Below are positions 63,642 to 64,000 of a DNA stretch of 64,000 bases, in pieces (the first letter of the stretch is position 1; every line of letters begins with the position of its first letter). The translations under genes were made by a program, and so were the position numbers. The stretch is from Octopus sinensis (taxonomy: Eukaryota): contig NC_042997.1 of the NCBI RefSeq assembly GCF_006345805.1, positions 184,698,001-184,762,000 on the forward strand. The letters run 5' to 3'. Under the pieces are notes generated by a model. That model had not been told where the DNA came from and searched no databases. It was given only the letters and a program-made list of their open reading frames with translations.

Positions 63642-64000
63642 CGAGCTGGCAGAAACGTTAGCACGTCGGGCGAAATTCTTAGCAGTATTTCGTCTGTCGC
63701 TACGGTCTGAGTTCAAATTCCGCCGCGGTCGACTTTGCCTTTCATCCTTTCGGGGTCGATAAATTAAAGTACCAGTTACGCACTGGGGTCGATGTAATCG
63801 ACTTAATCCGTTTGTCTGTCCTTGTTTGTCCTCTCTATGTTTAGTCCCTTGTGGGTAGTAAAGAAATAGGTATTTCGTCTGCCGCTACTTTCTGAGTTCA
63901 AATTCCGCCGAGGTTACGCTCCGGGGTCGATCGAATCGACTTAATCCCTTTGTCGGTCCTTGTTTGTCCCCTTTATGTTTAGCCCCTTGTAGGCGATAAA
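63642..64000 (+). mobile_element. SINE S1 plus 5'-truncated second unit (junction at about 63870)
   Basis: Same AAAGAAATA|GGTATTTCG junction as at 1301-1318. Confidence 0.88.

Overview
AT-rich, microsatellite-dense eukaryotic DNA. The SINE families match, from memory and not from a database search, those of Octopus/coleoid cephalopods. I could not recognise any host protein-coding exon; the window looks intronic or intergenic. It holds a near-full-length Penelope-like retroelement (PLE; minus strand, 26798-32258) with RT, GIY-YIG endonuclease and two ~1 kb pseudo-LTRs, plus a second PLE endonuclease remnant. Other mobile DNA: two CR1/L2-type 3' ends, three RLE-type (R4/Dong-like) LINE remnants, two internally deleted Tc1/mariner-superfamily elements, two probable Helitron-derived elements and about 25 tRNA-derived SINE copies from at least 5 families. 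The main result is a set of minimal type I hammerhead ribozymes (HHRs): 11 well-supported motifs from 5 unrelated sequence families, plus one doubtful motif. (A) A pLTR-borne family whose core has U at position 6 in all five copies (CUGUnGA), present in the autonomous PLE and in three ~150-190 bp solo copies. (B) An HHR fused behind a tRNA-type Pol III promoter, like a SINE. (C) A 326 bp palindrome with one HHR in each arm. (D) An HHR inside a 281 nt-period 1.5-mer, like a retrozyme. (E) An HHR with a long stem II. One copy each of B, A and E lies in tandem on the same strand within ~700 bp (16.5-17.3 kb). A CCA-tailed tRNA-Asp cDNA fragment is fused to the 5' end of the SINE that the PLE invaded. 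All structures were paired by eye; none has been tested for activity.
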